A DNA stretch of 56,593 bases from an uncultured Candidatus Saccharibacteria bacterium. GTDB lineage: Bacteria > Patescibacteriota > Saccharimonadia > Saccharimonadales > Saccharimonadaceae. Position numbers and translations under genes: made by a program. Under the pieces are notes generated by a model that saw only the letters and a list, made by a program, of their open reading frames with translations, was not told where the DNA came from and did not search any database. Positions 1-8,607 of this stretch are shown piece by piece. The DNA is taken from positions 1-56,593 of the forward strand of contig CAYLGT010000005.1 in the NCBI GenBank assembly GCA_964383465.1. Reading direction: 5' to 3'. How positions within the stretch are numbered: the stretch's first letter is position 1; each line of letters starts with the position of its first letter.

Positions 1-44
1 AATCTTTTTTCATAGTCAGCTATCGATTCTATCTGTTTTTAAGC

Positions 45-84
45 AAAAAGTCAAAGGTTGTATAAAAAAGTCAAAGGTTGTATA
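45..84 (+). repeat. Perfect 20-bp tandem duplication (aaaaagtcaaaggttgtata x2) in the promoter region of the first gene
   Basis: Read directly: 45-64 and 65-84 are identical. The second copy runs into TATACT at 81-86. Confidence 0.9.
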
Positions 85-92
85 CTGATGAC

Positions 93-794
93 ATGGCAGA
101 GGTGTATCCGGTCGTTCACATAAACGACGAAACAACAGCATGTCGACAAGCAGAGCTGGCACTTGGTCTTGGTGCGGATGGCGTGTTTTTGATTGACCAT
201 GTGCGACTTCAGGATACCGAACGAGTCTTCAATGTCTTTAATCAAATTGGCGGGGAAGGAGTTTGGGTGGGCGTGAACCTGCTTGGGTTTGCTGCGTCGG
301 CTGCTACCAACGCTTTGAAAGAAGCCCGGCGCTCAGGCATGCTTCACCGTGCTCCTGACGCGCTTTGGGTGGATGACGCGGTAAGTGACCGTAGTTTTCC
401 AGGTGTCAAAAACATCTTAGCGGCTTCAAATGGGCTGCGTCGGACGCAGTATTTTGGAGGGATCGCGTTTAAATACACACCTCATCACACCGAAAATCCC
501 GAGGCCGCAGCATATCAGGCCTCACGGTATGCTCACAACGTCGATGTTGTCACGACAAGCGGTCCTGCGACCGGACGTGAGGCGTCGGTCGACAAACTGA
601 GAGCTATGCGGGACGTAACGTGGCAGCCACTTGCCGTTGCTAGTGGGGTGACCCCTGAAAATGTCGGTAATTACACGAGCATCGTCGACAAGATACTGGT
701 GGCGAGTAGCGTAGAGACGGGCAGGTATTCTGGAATTTTTGTTGAAGCGCGGTTACGCGCGATGATCGATGGTGCTCATGATTTAGGCAACTAA
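93..794 (+). CDS. BtpA/SgcQ-like TIM-barrel protein (putative)
   Basis: ORF 78..794. The C-terminal pattern VVTTSGPATG...LAVASGVTPENV...ILVASSVE resembles the BtpA family. Start moved to ATG 93, which lies 6 nt after TATACT. Confidence 0.5.
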   Translation: MAEVYPVVHINDETTACRQAELALGLGADGVFLIDHVRLQDTERVFNVFNQIGGEGVWVGVNLLGFAASAATNALKEARRSGMLHRAPDALWVDDAVSDRSFPGVKNILAASNGLRRTQYFGGIAFKYTPHHTENPEAAAYQASRYAHNVDVVTTSGPATGREASVDKLRAMRDVTWQPLAVASGVTPENVGNYTSIVDKILVASSVETGRYSGIFVEARLRAMIDGAHDLGN

Positions 795-817
795 AAGATT
801 TATCTTCAAAGAATCCG

Positions 818-1357
818 TTAGTGTAGAAAACTGGCAAGTGTCGGTAGTCCCAGAAAACATGCTGTTAGTACAACACCTGCGACCAGTCTTTGCTTTGTTG
901 AGTCTGAAGCAAAAACTACATAGAGGGCACCGTACATGACAGACGAAAGCAATGAAACGATGAGGATTGGTAAGCTAAACCATGGGGCGCTAGGGGCGAG
1001 TAAAACAAGCACAAAGAAAGAAGTTAGTGTACCTGTGGTTGCAATCAGCCATGAGCGTGATGCATTGAAGCTAGTTAGTATGTAGGCGCTGAGGGCCCCT
1101 ATGATGAGTATCGGAACGACCGTGATTAGCAACCGAAGCGGTCCTGCGATCGTCAAAAGCAGAGCGGCACCAGACAATCCGGAGAAGCTGCTTGAATCCT
1201 TCATAAGACTTACCAGAATCAGGCCCAGTATACTTTTAAGAAGAAAAAATCCAGAGACTTGCAGTAATCCGATGAGCAAAACGTAACCCAAAGGCACTTG
1301 CTGCTTTTTGTCGCTAATGCCGAGCATGGCATCGTTACGGTAGTAGGAGTTGACCAT
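818..1357 (-). CDS. Hypothetical multi-pass membrane protein
   Basis: 179-aa ORF with 5-6 hydrophobic helices. TATACT (plus 1365-1370) lies 7 nt upstream of the ATG. Confidence 0.6.
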   Translation of the reverse strand: MVNSYYRNDAMLGISDKKQQVPLGYVLLIGLLQVSGFFLLKSILGLILVSLMKDSSSFSGLSGAALLLTIAGPLRLLITVVPILIIGALSAYILTSFNASRSWLIATTGTLTSFFVLVLLAPSAPWFSLPILIVSLLSSVMYGALYVVFASDSTKQRLVAGVVLTACFLGLPTLASFLH

Positions 1358-1438
1358 TACTCATAGTATATATCGCGCTGGTGCTTGATAATAGATGTTT
1401 TTTAGAGGATACTTAGGTTAGAAATCAATGAAACAAAC

Positions 1439-3247
1439 ATGACAGAACACTCACATCAGCAACTTGGCTTTGAGCAGCAGATGCCACATACCTCACGCCA
1501 TGGTGAAGCCGTAGAGGTTGTCACACCTGCACAGGAGCAGCTTGAAAAAGCGCTTGATCTGTTGCGGCGAATTCGAAGTACGGGCGAGGGCGCGGTTTCA
1601 GATGCGGTGGAGGCGGCAAATATGGACGGTGTCGCGCCTGAGGCTACGCGTGAGCTTGATTTGGCTGGGATTTTAGACGCTGTTGAGGCGGAAGAGGGCG
1701 AAACAATCCAGGCCCTTAAGTTTGCAGATGAAAAGAATCCCGATCTTCTGACTGAGGCTTTTGATGATGCTGTTGTAGCAGGTGTGCCAGAAAAAGACTT
1801 GGAGCTGGTGGCCGAAGGAGTGGAGGCGGCGATCGATGAAGCGGAGGTGCTCGCACTCCCAGAAGCGCTCGGAGAACGAATAGCCGAAGCCTACGAGACA
1901 TCTTCATTTGAACGGTCACCAGAACTTCAGGAAGCAATCAAGACATACTACGAAGACCATTACCGACTAGCTCGAGTCATAGAGGGAATAATCGACGGGG
2001 TATCTATACGTCCTGAGGCCGTAGACGGAAAGATTGATAACTATTTTTTGCGAGAGACGGCTAAAAAATTACTTCTGGCTAAAGATCGAGGAGCGGCACT
2101 TTTTGCCGCCGAAGAGGTGATTCATACGGACCTTTTCAAAGAGAATGCCGTAGGGCTTGAGACGCTGACTGAGGTCGAACAAGATCTTGCTCGCAATTTA
2201 GCCGAGAAGCTGCGTCAAAGAGCTGTGCAAGAAGGGTTGGCAGTAGCGTATGAGAGCTGGGACACAAAAGAGGTACGCTATGACTGGGCCGAGGGCATAG
2301 GTCACTTACCGCAGTATTCAAGTCGCGAATTGCGCAAACCAACAGACATAGTCGTTCCTACACAGTTTGACCTGCAAGAACTATGGAATGATACGAGGCA
2401 TGCTGGGCAGTTAGAGTTTCATAATTCTAGTCGATTAGCACACTCTGCTCGGGAGGGATTCGTTCTTCGTTCAAGGACCAGGCAGAAAGAGCTGACGGGT
2501 AGTTTTTACTCACAGATGGGGGTGGTGCATGGGCGAGAGGGAGCAAATATGCACTCTAACCTGGTGCATTTTTCTGAGACATACAGCCATGATGAATACA
2601 AGGCCCAGCTTAGTGGGCATGGGAATCGGCAAGAGGATGAGCCGCTTTCTGCAGCCACCGCAGCAGTGCCATTGGCGGAAATTATTACTGTGGCTCCGTA
2701 TGCTCGCGATGCTGAGTATGCGGTGCTTGAATTCAAGAACCCTACAGATTTAGCAAAAGTACCTATTTTGGATAAGATTGGTTCCATTGGTTCGCAGGGC
2801 TCCGATAACTATGGCTTACATGGTGAGGATAGGGTTTTCATGAAGGACTATCGGGAGGCATTTGCACATGTTGCCGCTAACTATGACATCGAATTTGGTC
2901 ACACAGGTATGGTGTTGATGACAGAGACAGAAAAAGCTACTGGCATGACGTTTGGGCACGGTGAGGGCTATGCGCGCGAAGTAGTCATACCGGACATTCA
3001 AAAACCGCAAACTAACTTGAGTGATGAAGAGTTCAGGCTGCGCGTAAAAGAGGCTAGAAGGCCACAGGAAGAAGCTATTAGGCAGCTTCAACGGCAAAGT
3101 CGTGAACGCCAAGAATATAGAGGAAAGGTCATCGTGCCACTGCGCAGGGGAATTTTTGAATTTATCCCTGAAGCGTCCTCATCGGGTTCTAGGACAAAGA
3201 GAAGTGAACAGCTCAAGAAAGTTGCACAACACTCGCCAGCGGCATGA
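1439..3247 (+). CDS. Hypothetical 602-aa protein with an acidic helical N-terminal half and a basic C-terminal tail
   Basis: Long uninterrupted ORF followed by the hairpin at 3261-3288. No motif recognised. Confidence 0.65.
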   Translation: MTEHSHQQLGFEQQMPHTSRHGEAVEVVTPAQEQLEKALDLLRRIRSTGEGAVSDAVEAANMDGVAPEATRELDLAGILDAVEAEEGETIQALKFADEKNPDLLTEAFDDAVVAGVPEKDLELVAEGVEAAIDEAEVLALPEALGERIAEAYETSSFERSPELQEAIKTYYEDHYRLARVIEGIIDGVSIRPEAVDGKIDNYFLRETAKKLLLAKDRGAALFAAEEVIHTDLFKENAVGLETLTEVEQDLARNLAEKLRQRAVQEGLAVAYESWDTKEVRYDWAEGIGHLPQYSSRELRKPTDIVVPTQFDLQELWNDTRHAGQLEFHNSSRLAHSAREGFVLRSRTRQKELTGSFYSQMGVVHGREGANMHSNLVHFSETYSHDEYKAQLSGHGNRQEDEPLSAATAAVPLAEIITVAPYARDAEYAVLEFKNPTDLAKVPILDKIGSIGSQGSDNYGLHGEDRVFMKDYREAFAHVAANYDIEFGHTGMVLMTETEKATGMTFGHGEGYAREVVIPDIQKPQTNLSDEEFRLRVKEARRPQEEAIRQLQRQSRERQEYRGKVIVPLRRGIFEFIPEASSSGSRTKRSEQLKKVAQHSPAA

Positions 3248-3260
3248 GTACGAAATGACA

Positions 3261-3288
3261 AAGCCCGGTACACACAGGTACCGGGCTT
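3261..3288. terminator. Bidirectional stem-loop between convergent genes
   Basis: aagcccggtac / gtaccgggctt gives an 11-bp stem with a 6-nt loop. Confidence 0.6.
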
Positions 3289-3303
3289 GCTGTCCAGGGA
3301 GGC

Positions 3304-3726
3304 CTAGCCGAAGAGATCGCGTAGACTCCCGAACACGGACCGGATATCTTGTCCGATGGACGCGATGCCCTGATGACTCATGGCATACTCGGGGTTGCTG
3401 TCGGCGATGAAACTGGCAACGACGGCTGCTCCCGCCATGATGACGATGACCGCTGGCGTACCGTACAGACACACGCGGAGCGCCCTATACGAGTCAGGAT
3501 GCCTCTCGGCGAAGACGTTCAGCCAGCGGTCGAAGCGGGTGCGGTAGGGCAGGCGGAGCGCCACGTGCTTGCCGTTGTCGTTGCCGCCAACCACGATGAT
3601 GGTTGTCGCCAGGGCGACAGGCAGCACGACGGCGAGGCCGTAGGTCAAGATCTTAATCACAGGGTTCTCTATCTCTCTGGGTGGACAGTTAAATGACATT
3701 ATAATACATTTCTTGTATTTGTCCAT
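3304..3726 (-). CDS. Hypothetical small membrane protein (GC-rich)
   Basis: The 140-aa ORF has two clear TM helices, whereas the plus-strand overlapping ORF is low-complexity. The start codon is uncertain (M1 or M10). Confidence 0.5.
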   Translation of the reverse strand: MDKYKKCIIMSFNCPPREIENPVIKILTYGLAVVLPVALATTIIVVGGNDNGKHVALRLPYRTRFDRWLNVFAERHPDSYRALRVCLYGTPAVIVIMAGAAVVASFIADSNPEYAMSHQGIASIGQDIRSVFGSLRDLFG

Positions 3727-3796
3727 GGTCTCATCTGTTGCAAAACGACTTCACACCTGGTACAATTGCTCGGTCAAATCAAATTTTAACGAAGCA

Positions 3797-3830
3797 ACGC
3801 GTACAGATATCCTATAACAGGGGTACGCGT
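3797..3830 (+). promoter_or_regulatory. Inverted repeat in the rpsB leader (acgcgtac ... gtacgcgt)
   Basis: 8-bp perfect arms with an 18-nt loop, ending 17 nt before the rpsB ATG and just 5' of the GGAGAAGG SD. Confidence 0.3.
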
Positions 3831-3847
3831 GAAGGGAGAAGGATATC

Positions 3848-4558
3848 ATGGCCGTGAAGGTTGATATCAAGGCTTTGCTCGAAGCCGGTGTTCATTTCGG
3901 ACACAAAACGAGCCGTTGGCACCCAAAGATGGCGCCATACATCCACAGTAAACGTCAGGATTCGCACATCATCGACCTGACAAAAACCGTTGAAGCACTC
4001 GAGACAGCGCTTCCTGTTGTGACAGACGCTGTCGCACGTGGACGTCAAGTACTGCTCGTTGGTACTAAGCGTCAGGCCCAGGACATCGTCCGCGCGGCTG
4101 CAGAAAAAGCTGGCCAACCATACGTCACTGAGCGTTGGATGGGCGGTATGCTTACCAACACTACGACGATGGTCGCACGTATCAAGCACCTCAAGTCGCT
4201 TGAGAAAAAGATGGACAGCGGCGAGCTTGCTAACCGCTACAACAAGCTGGAAATCCAGCGCTTCCAAGAGGAAATCGATGACCTGAACAAAAAGTATGGC
4301 GGCATCAAAGACCTCAGCGGTAAGCCTGGTGTAGTGTTTGTTACCGACATCATCGAGGACATCAACGCAGTTCGTGAAGCAAAGAAGCTCGGCGTGCCAG
4401 TGATCGCAATCTGCGACACCAACACCGACCCAAGCCTCGTCGACTTCCCAGTTCCTGCTAACGACGACGCCATCAAGGGTCTTCAACTCATCATCGACTA
4501 CGTCGTTGCGGCAATCGATGAAGGAAAGGCAACTGCAGAGAAAAAGGAGGGCAAATAA
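3848..4558 (+). CDS. rpsB: 30S ribosomal protein S2
   Basis: N-terminus LLEAGVHFGHKTSRWHPKM and the full-length S2 pattern. Confidence 0.97.
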   Translation: MAVKVDIKALLEAGVHFGHKTSRWHPKMAPYIHSKRQDSHIIDLTKTVEALETALPVVTDAVARGRQVLLVGTKRQAQDIVRAAAEKAGQPYVTERWMGGMLTNTTTMVARIKHLKSLEKKMDSGELANRYNKLEIQRFQEEIDDLNKKYGGIKDLSGKPGVVFVTDIIEDINAVREAKKLGVPVIAICDTNTDPSLVDFPVPANDDAIKGLQLIIDYVVAAIDEGKATAEKKEGK

Positions 4559-4559
4559 C

Positions 4560-5156
4560 ATGGCTATTTCTATCGACGAGATCAAGAAGCTCAAAGAGCT
4601 GACTGGTGTCGGACTGACCGATGCAAAGAGCGCGCTCGTCGAAGCCGACGGCGACTTCGATAAAGCACTCGAAGCTATGCGCAAAAAGGGTCTGACCAAG
4701 GCCGAAAAGCGTGGTGAGCGAGAAGCTCGCGAAGGTATCGTTGACAGCTATGTTCACAGTGGGCGCATCGGCGTACTCGTCGAAGTAAACTGTGAGACTG
4801 ACTTTGTGGCTAAAACTGACGAGTTCAAAGAACTCGTGCACGACATCGCTTTGCACGCATCGGCAACCGCTCCAGAGTACATCTCTACCGAGGACGTGCC
4901 TGCCGACGTTCGTGATGCCAAAGCAGCTGAGTTCAAGGAAAAAGTAGTTGCTGAAGGCAAGCCAGCTGACATGGCTGACAAGATCGTCGAAGGGCAGCTG
5001 AACAAATACTTTGCAGAAAAAACTCTGCTTGAGCAGCCATTTGTAAAGAATCCCGACATCACTGTCGGTGAGCTTGTCAAAGAGCATATCTCGAAGCTCG
5101 GTGAAAACATCGTTGTTCGCCAACTGAAGCGAGTTGAGCTCGGCGCCAGCGAATAA
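4560..5156 (+). CDS. tsf: Elongation factor Ts (short form, 198 aa)
   Basis: MAISIDEIKKLKELTGVGLTDAKSALVEADGDFDKALEAMRKKG is the UBA-like N-terminus. ATG 4560 follows an AAGGAGG SD, so the upstream ORF extension was rejected. Confidence 0.95.
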   Translation: MAISIDEIKKLKELTGVGLTDAKSALVEADGDFDKALEAMRKKGLTKAEKRGEREAREGIVDSYVHSGRIGVLVEVNCETDFVAKTDEFKELVHDIALHASATAPEYISTEDVPADVRDAKAAEFKEKVVAEGKPADMADKIVEGQLNKYFAEKTLLEQPFVKNPDITVGELVKEHISKLGENIVVRQLKRVELGASE

Positions 5157-5176
5157 AAAAAGCGCACATATATGAG

Positions 5177-5206
5177 AAACCCGCCTCCAAATTCGGAGGC
5201 GGGTTT
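5177..5206. terminator. Bidirectional intrinsic terminator after tsf and the convergent membrane gene
   Basis: aaacccgcctcc-aaattc-ggaggcgggttt, flanked by an A-run and a T-run. Confidence 0.8.
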
Positions 5207-5241
5207 CGTTATCCTGCTTGCGCAGCTTCGGACTCAGCTGC

Positions 5242-5817
5242 TCACTGGGTGGCGACTCGCGGCGGGGTGATCACGAACTTCAAGAGCGCCCACGTGAGCC
5301 TCCAGCAGCCGGTGAGGATCGACAGATACAGGAAGGCTGGTGTGAGTGTCAGTGTCGTGTTCCAGACGTCGGCAACGATCTCCATGGGTTGAGCACCGGT
5401 CTGGGCATGCCATCCGTCAAGCACCACCATGAGAACCAGAGTGACCATCCAGAGGCTCGCCATGAAGGACAGCGCTCTGGTCACCGCTCGCACGGGGCGG
5501 AAGGCGTACGAGGCCGTACCGTTGGCGTATCTGACCCTGACTACCCCGGGCAGCAAGCCCGAAAATCCCAGGATCATCAGCGGCGCGAGGGTCGCGAACC
5601 GGAACGGCACACTGAGCGGTGTGGCGATTTCGATGAGGACGGCCGGGGCAAGGGTCATGATGTTGATCATGAGGATCACTGACGCGGCTGCCCTGAGGAA
5701 CCTCAGCCGAGGTTGCATAGTCATCACTTCAGCCTCGACGGCAGGTCCGAAGGCGTAGCGGTAGGCGGATCGAAGCGCGTGAGCTACAGCGATCGCATAG
5801 AACTGAAAAGTGCGCAT
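5242..5817 (-). CDS. Hypothetical multi-pass membrane protein (GC-rich)
   Basis: 191-aa ORF with several TM helices and a GAGGTG SD 6 nt upstream. It occupies the slot where pyrH usually sits between tsf and frr. Confidence 0.6.
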   Translation of the reverse strand: MRTFQFYAIAVAHALRSAYRYAFGPAVEAEVMTMQPRLRFLRAAASVILMINIMTLAPAVLIEIATPLSVPFRFATLAPLMILGFSGLLPGVVRVRYANGTASYAFRPVRAVTRALSFMASLWMVTLVLMVVLDGWHAQTGAQPMEIVADVWNTTLTLTPAFLYLSILTGCWRLTWALLKFVITPPRVATQ

Positions 5818-5962
5818 GAGTCACCTCGTGGTCGGGGATAACGATACTAGTTAGCATACAGTGATTTTCATATAAATCAAGTCATATAATTGCTTTTAGG
5901 GCTCATATATTGTAAAATTTGCACTTAGTTGCATCACTGATCGAAGAATCGAGGTATATGCA

Positions 5963-6103
5963 ATGGCGGAGCTGTTGAATTCTCCCACCTTCTGGATCTG
6001 CTTTGCTATCTGGGCAGTTGTCCTCATCACCCTGGCTTTGTGGGTGGAGAAACGTGCCATACGCAGGTCGCTGGCGCTTCAGGCAGCGAGCGAAGACGGG
6101 TGA
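5963..6103 (+). CDS. Small (46 aa) single-TM protein, below the ORF-track cutoff
   Basis: GAGG SD, then ATG 5963. Sequence MAELLNSPTFWICFAIWAVVLITLALWVEKRAIRRS... is followed by its own hairpin and T-tract at 6115-6160. Confidence 0.4.
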   Translation: MAELLNSPTFWICFAIWAVVLITLALWVEKRAIRRSLALQAASEDG

Positions 6104-6114
6104 GCGCACCTTGG

Positions 6115-6160
6115 CCTCTCGCTTGAGATGTTTATCTCAGGCGAGAGGTCGTTTTTCTTT
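6115..6160 (+). terminator. Intrinsic terminator after the small TM ORF
   Basis: cctctcgcttgagat / atctcaggcgagagg gives a 15-bp stem with 1 mismatch, followed by tcgtttttcttttt. Confidence 0.65.
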
Positions 6161-6199
6161 TTCCTTGCTATAATTGAAACGAGAAAACTAAGGAGTGAT

Positions 6200-6754
6200 A
6201 TGTTCGACACAAAACCTTATGAAGACAAGATGAACGGCGCACTAGGCCATTTTCATGATGAACTAAAAAAGATTCGTACCGGCCGAGCGCACCCAGACAT
6301 GCTCGACGGTGTCATGGTTGAGGTCTACGGAAGCCGTATGCCGCTCATCCAGGTAGCAAACATCACCGTGCCCGAACCACAGCTCCTGCAGGTGAATCCA
6401 TTCGACCCGAGTAACGTTCAGGCGATCGCTACGGCTATTCGTGAATCTCAGGGACTTGGCTTTAACCCAAGTGACGACGGGCGTATCGTGCGCGTACCAG
6501 TACCAGCGCTCACCGAAGAGCGACGCCGCGAGCTGGTTAAAAGCCTTGGTGACAAGGTGGAGGATTGCCGTATCGCTATGCGTAACGTTCGCCAAGACGC
6601 CCTGAAAGATGCCAAGCGCATGAAGGACAACAAGGAACTGTCAGAAGACGACGTCAAAGCAGTCGAAAAAGAGATCGACAAGCTCATGCACGAGTTCCAG
6701 GCAAAGATCGACGAAACGTTCAAAGCCAAGGAACAAGAGGTCATGACGATCTAA
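6200..6754 (+). CDS. frr: Ribosome recycling factor
   Basis: LKKIRTGRAHPDMLDGVMVEVYGSRMPL plus the rest of the RRF pattern. AAGGAG SD precedes ATG 6200, with TATAAT at 6169-6174. Confidence 0.95.
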   Translation: MFDTKPYEDKMNGALGHFHDELKKIRTGRAHPDMLDGVMVEVYGSRMPLIQVANITVPEPQLLQVNPFDPSNVQAIATAIRESQGLGFNPSDDGRIVRVPVPALTEERRRELVKSLGDKVEDCRIAMRNVRQDALKDAKRMKDNKELSEDDVKAVEKEIDKLMHEFQAKIDETFKAKEQEVMTI

Positions 6755-7449
6755 TGAGCGATGAGCTCAAACCCCCAGTTCACATAGGCTACATACTCGA
6801 TGGCAACCGTCGCTGGGCCAAAAAACATGGCCTACCAACCTACGAAGGGCATCTGGCCGGCTACAACGCGCTCAAAGATGTCATAGAAGCGAGTGCGGCG
6901 GCAGGTGTCAAATACATCTCGTTTTATACCTGGTCGACAGAAAACTGGGCTCGTGCCGAAGAAGAAGTGCGGGGAATTATGAAACTGATTCGTCGTTTGT
7001 TCAAAGTCGACATCAAACAACTCGTTAAAGATGACTTCAAGCTCGTCGTGCTCGGCGGGCGTGATCGCTTGCCAGAAGACGTCGTGAAGATGATAGACGA
7101 AGCTGAAGAAGCCTCAAAAAATGGCTCACGCGCAACGCTCGCCATGTGCTTCAACTATGGCGGCCAGCAAGAGATAGTTCGGGCAGCGCAGCGCATCGCC
7201 GAAGAGGGTATCGACCCGACAACGGTGACGGCCGAAGTATTTGAGCAATATCTCGATCATCCGGACATTCCGCCGTGCGACATCGTCGTGCGCACTAGTG
7301 GTGAGCAGCGACTCAGCAACTTCATGCTGTGGCGTAGTGCTTATAGTGAGTTTTTGTTTCTCGATAAGCTGTGGCCAGAGATGCAAGCCGGGGATGTAAC
7401 TGCTATAGTAGAAGAATATAATCGCCGTAATCGCAGATTTGGAGGCTAG
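6754..7449 (+). CDS. uppS: Undecaprenyl-diphosphate synthase
   Basis: ILDGNRRWAKKHGLP and WSTENWAR motifs. Its start overlaps the frr stop (TAATG). Confidence 0.95.
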   Translation: MSDELKPPVHIGYILDGNRRWAKKHGLPTYEGHLAGYNALKDVIEASAAAGVKYISFYTWSTENWARAEEEVRGIMKLIRRLFKVDIKQLVKDDFKLVVLGGRDRLPEDVVKMIDEAEEASKNGSRATLAMCFNYGGQQEIVRAAQRIAEEGIDPTTVTAEVFEQYLDHPDIPPCDIVVRTSGEQRLSNFMLWRSAYSEFLFLDKLWPEMQAGDVTAIVEEYNRRNRRFGG

Positions 7450-7455
7450 AAGCGC

Positions 7456-8607
7456 ATGGAGGGTATCGGGTTTGTTTTGTCTGTCCTACTAGGACTTTTT
7501 TTGCTGGTTTTTTTGGTGGTCATCCATGAGCTAGGCCACGCTATCGTCGCCAAACGTAACGGCGTGGTAGTGGAAGAGTTTGGGGTAGGTTTTCCGCCTC
7601 GTGCTTGGGAGAAGAAGCTAAAAAATGGCGTTCTTTTTACGCTCAACTGGTTACCGCTAGGTGGGTTCGTGAAGCTGCAGGGAGAGCATGACGCCGCAAA
7701 CAAGAAGGGCGATTACGGTGCCGCAAGTCTTTGGGCAAAGACCAAAATTTTGCTCGCGGGTGTTTTTATCAACTGGGCATTTGCAGTACTCATCTTTACA
7801 GGGCTTGCACTAAGTGGGCTGCCAAAAGTTATCGATAACCAGTACACCGTAAAAAGTGACACAACCGAAATTCGTAAACCCGTCAGTATCGCCAGTGTCA
7901 CGCCAGGCTCACCGGCCGACAAAGCTGGACTAGAAAAGGGTGATGCCATGATCCGTTTCGCGGGCCAGCCACTTGATCAGCCGAGCGATCTGAGCGCGCT
8001 CACGCAGAAGTACAAAGGCCAGTCAGTTGAGATGATTTACCGCCGTGGCGGTAGTGAAAAAATCGTACGGCTGACACTACGTGCAGCAAATGAGGACAGC
8101 AAAGGCTACTTAGGCGTTTCGGCTGAACAGCGAACCACCTACCGTTCTACCTGGTCGGCGCCTATCGTCGGCGTGGCGTTGACGGGTCAACTAGCGAAAG
8201 CGACACTCCAAGGACTTGGCGATATGGTTGTGAAGCTCGGCAGCGGAATCATCGAAAAACTGAACCCGTCAACTCAGTCTCAGGCCAATGAAAAACTGAG
8301 CGCAGTTGGGACGGGAGTGGCGGGTCCGCTGGCTATCCTCGGCATCTTGTTTCCGTCAGCCAGTGAAGCAGGACCATCTGCGATCTTGTTCATGACAGGG
8401 TTGATTTCTCTGGCGCTTGCGATCATGAACATCCTGCCTATCCCGGCACTCGACGGCGGGCGCTGGTTCGTGACAGTTCTGTTTCGTCTCATGAAAAAGC
8501 CGCTCGACAAAGAGCTTGAAGAGAAAATTCATGGCACCGGTTTCATGATCCTCATGGCGCTGTTCGTGCTGGTAACTATCGCCGATGTCACCAAGTTTAC
8601 GCGCTAA
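7456..8607 (+). CDS. rseP: RIP (site-2) zinc metalloprotease with a PDZ domain
   Basis: HELGHA zinc motif, central PDZ (GSPADKAGLEKGD), C-terminal NILPIPALDGGR. Confidence 0.9.
   Translation: MEGIGFVLSVLLGLFLLVFLVVIHELGHAIVAKRNGVVVEEFGVGFPPRAWEKKLKNGVLFTLNWLPLGGFVKLQGEHDAANKKGDYGAASLWAKTKILLAGVFINWAFAVLIFTGLALSGLPKVIDNQYTVKSDTTEIRKPVSIASVTPGSPADKAGLEKGDAMIRFAGQPLDQPSDLSALTQKYKGQSVEMIYRRGGSEKIVRLTLRAANEDSKGYLGVSAEQRTTYRSTWSAPIVGVALTGQLAKATLQGLGDMVVKLGSGIIEKLNPSTQSQANEKLSAVGTGVAGPLAILGILFPSASEAGPSAILFMTGLISLALAIMNILPIPALDGGRWFVTVLFRLMKKPLDKELEEKIHGTGFMILMALFVLVTIADVTKFTR

Noticed and set aside
3812-5167. Long minus-strand ORFs (295, 210 and 137 aa) opposite rpsB and tsf.
   Set aside because: They lie antisense to unmistakable ribosomal protein S2 and EF-Ts coding sequences. 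They have low-complexity composition and no expression signals.
3349-5682. Plus-strand ORFs 3349..3696 (115 aa) and 5218..5682 (154 aa).
   Set aside because: Each overlaps a minus-strand ORF that has clean TM helices and ends at a terminator. The plus-frame products are Asp/Gly/Arg/His-rich with no structure-like pattern. The choice of strand is still only moderately confident.
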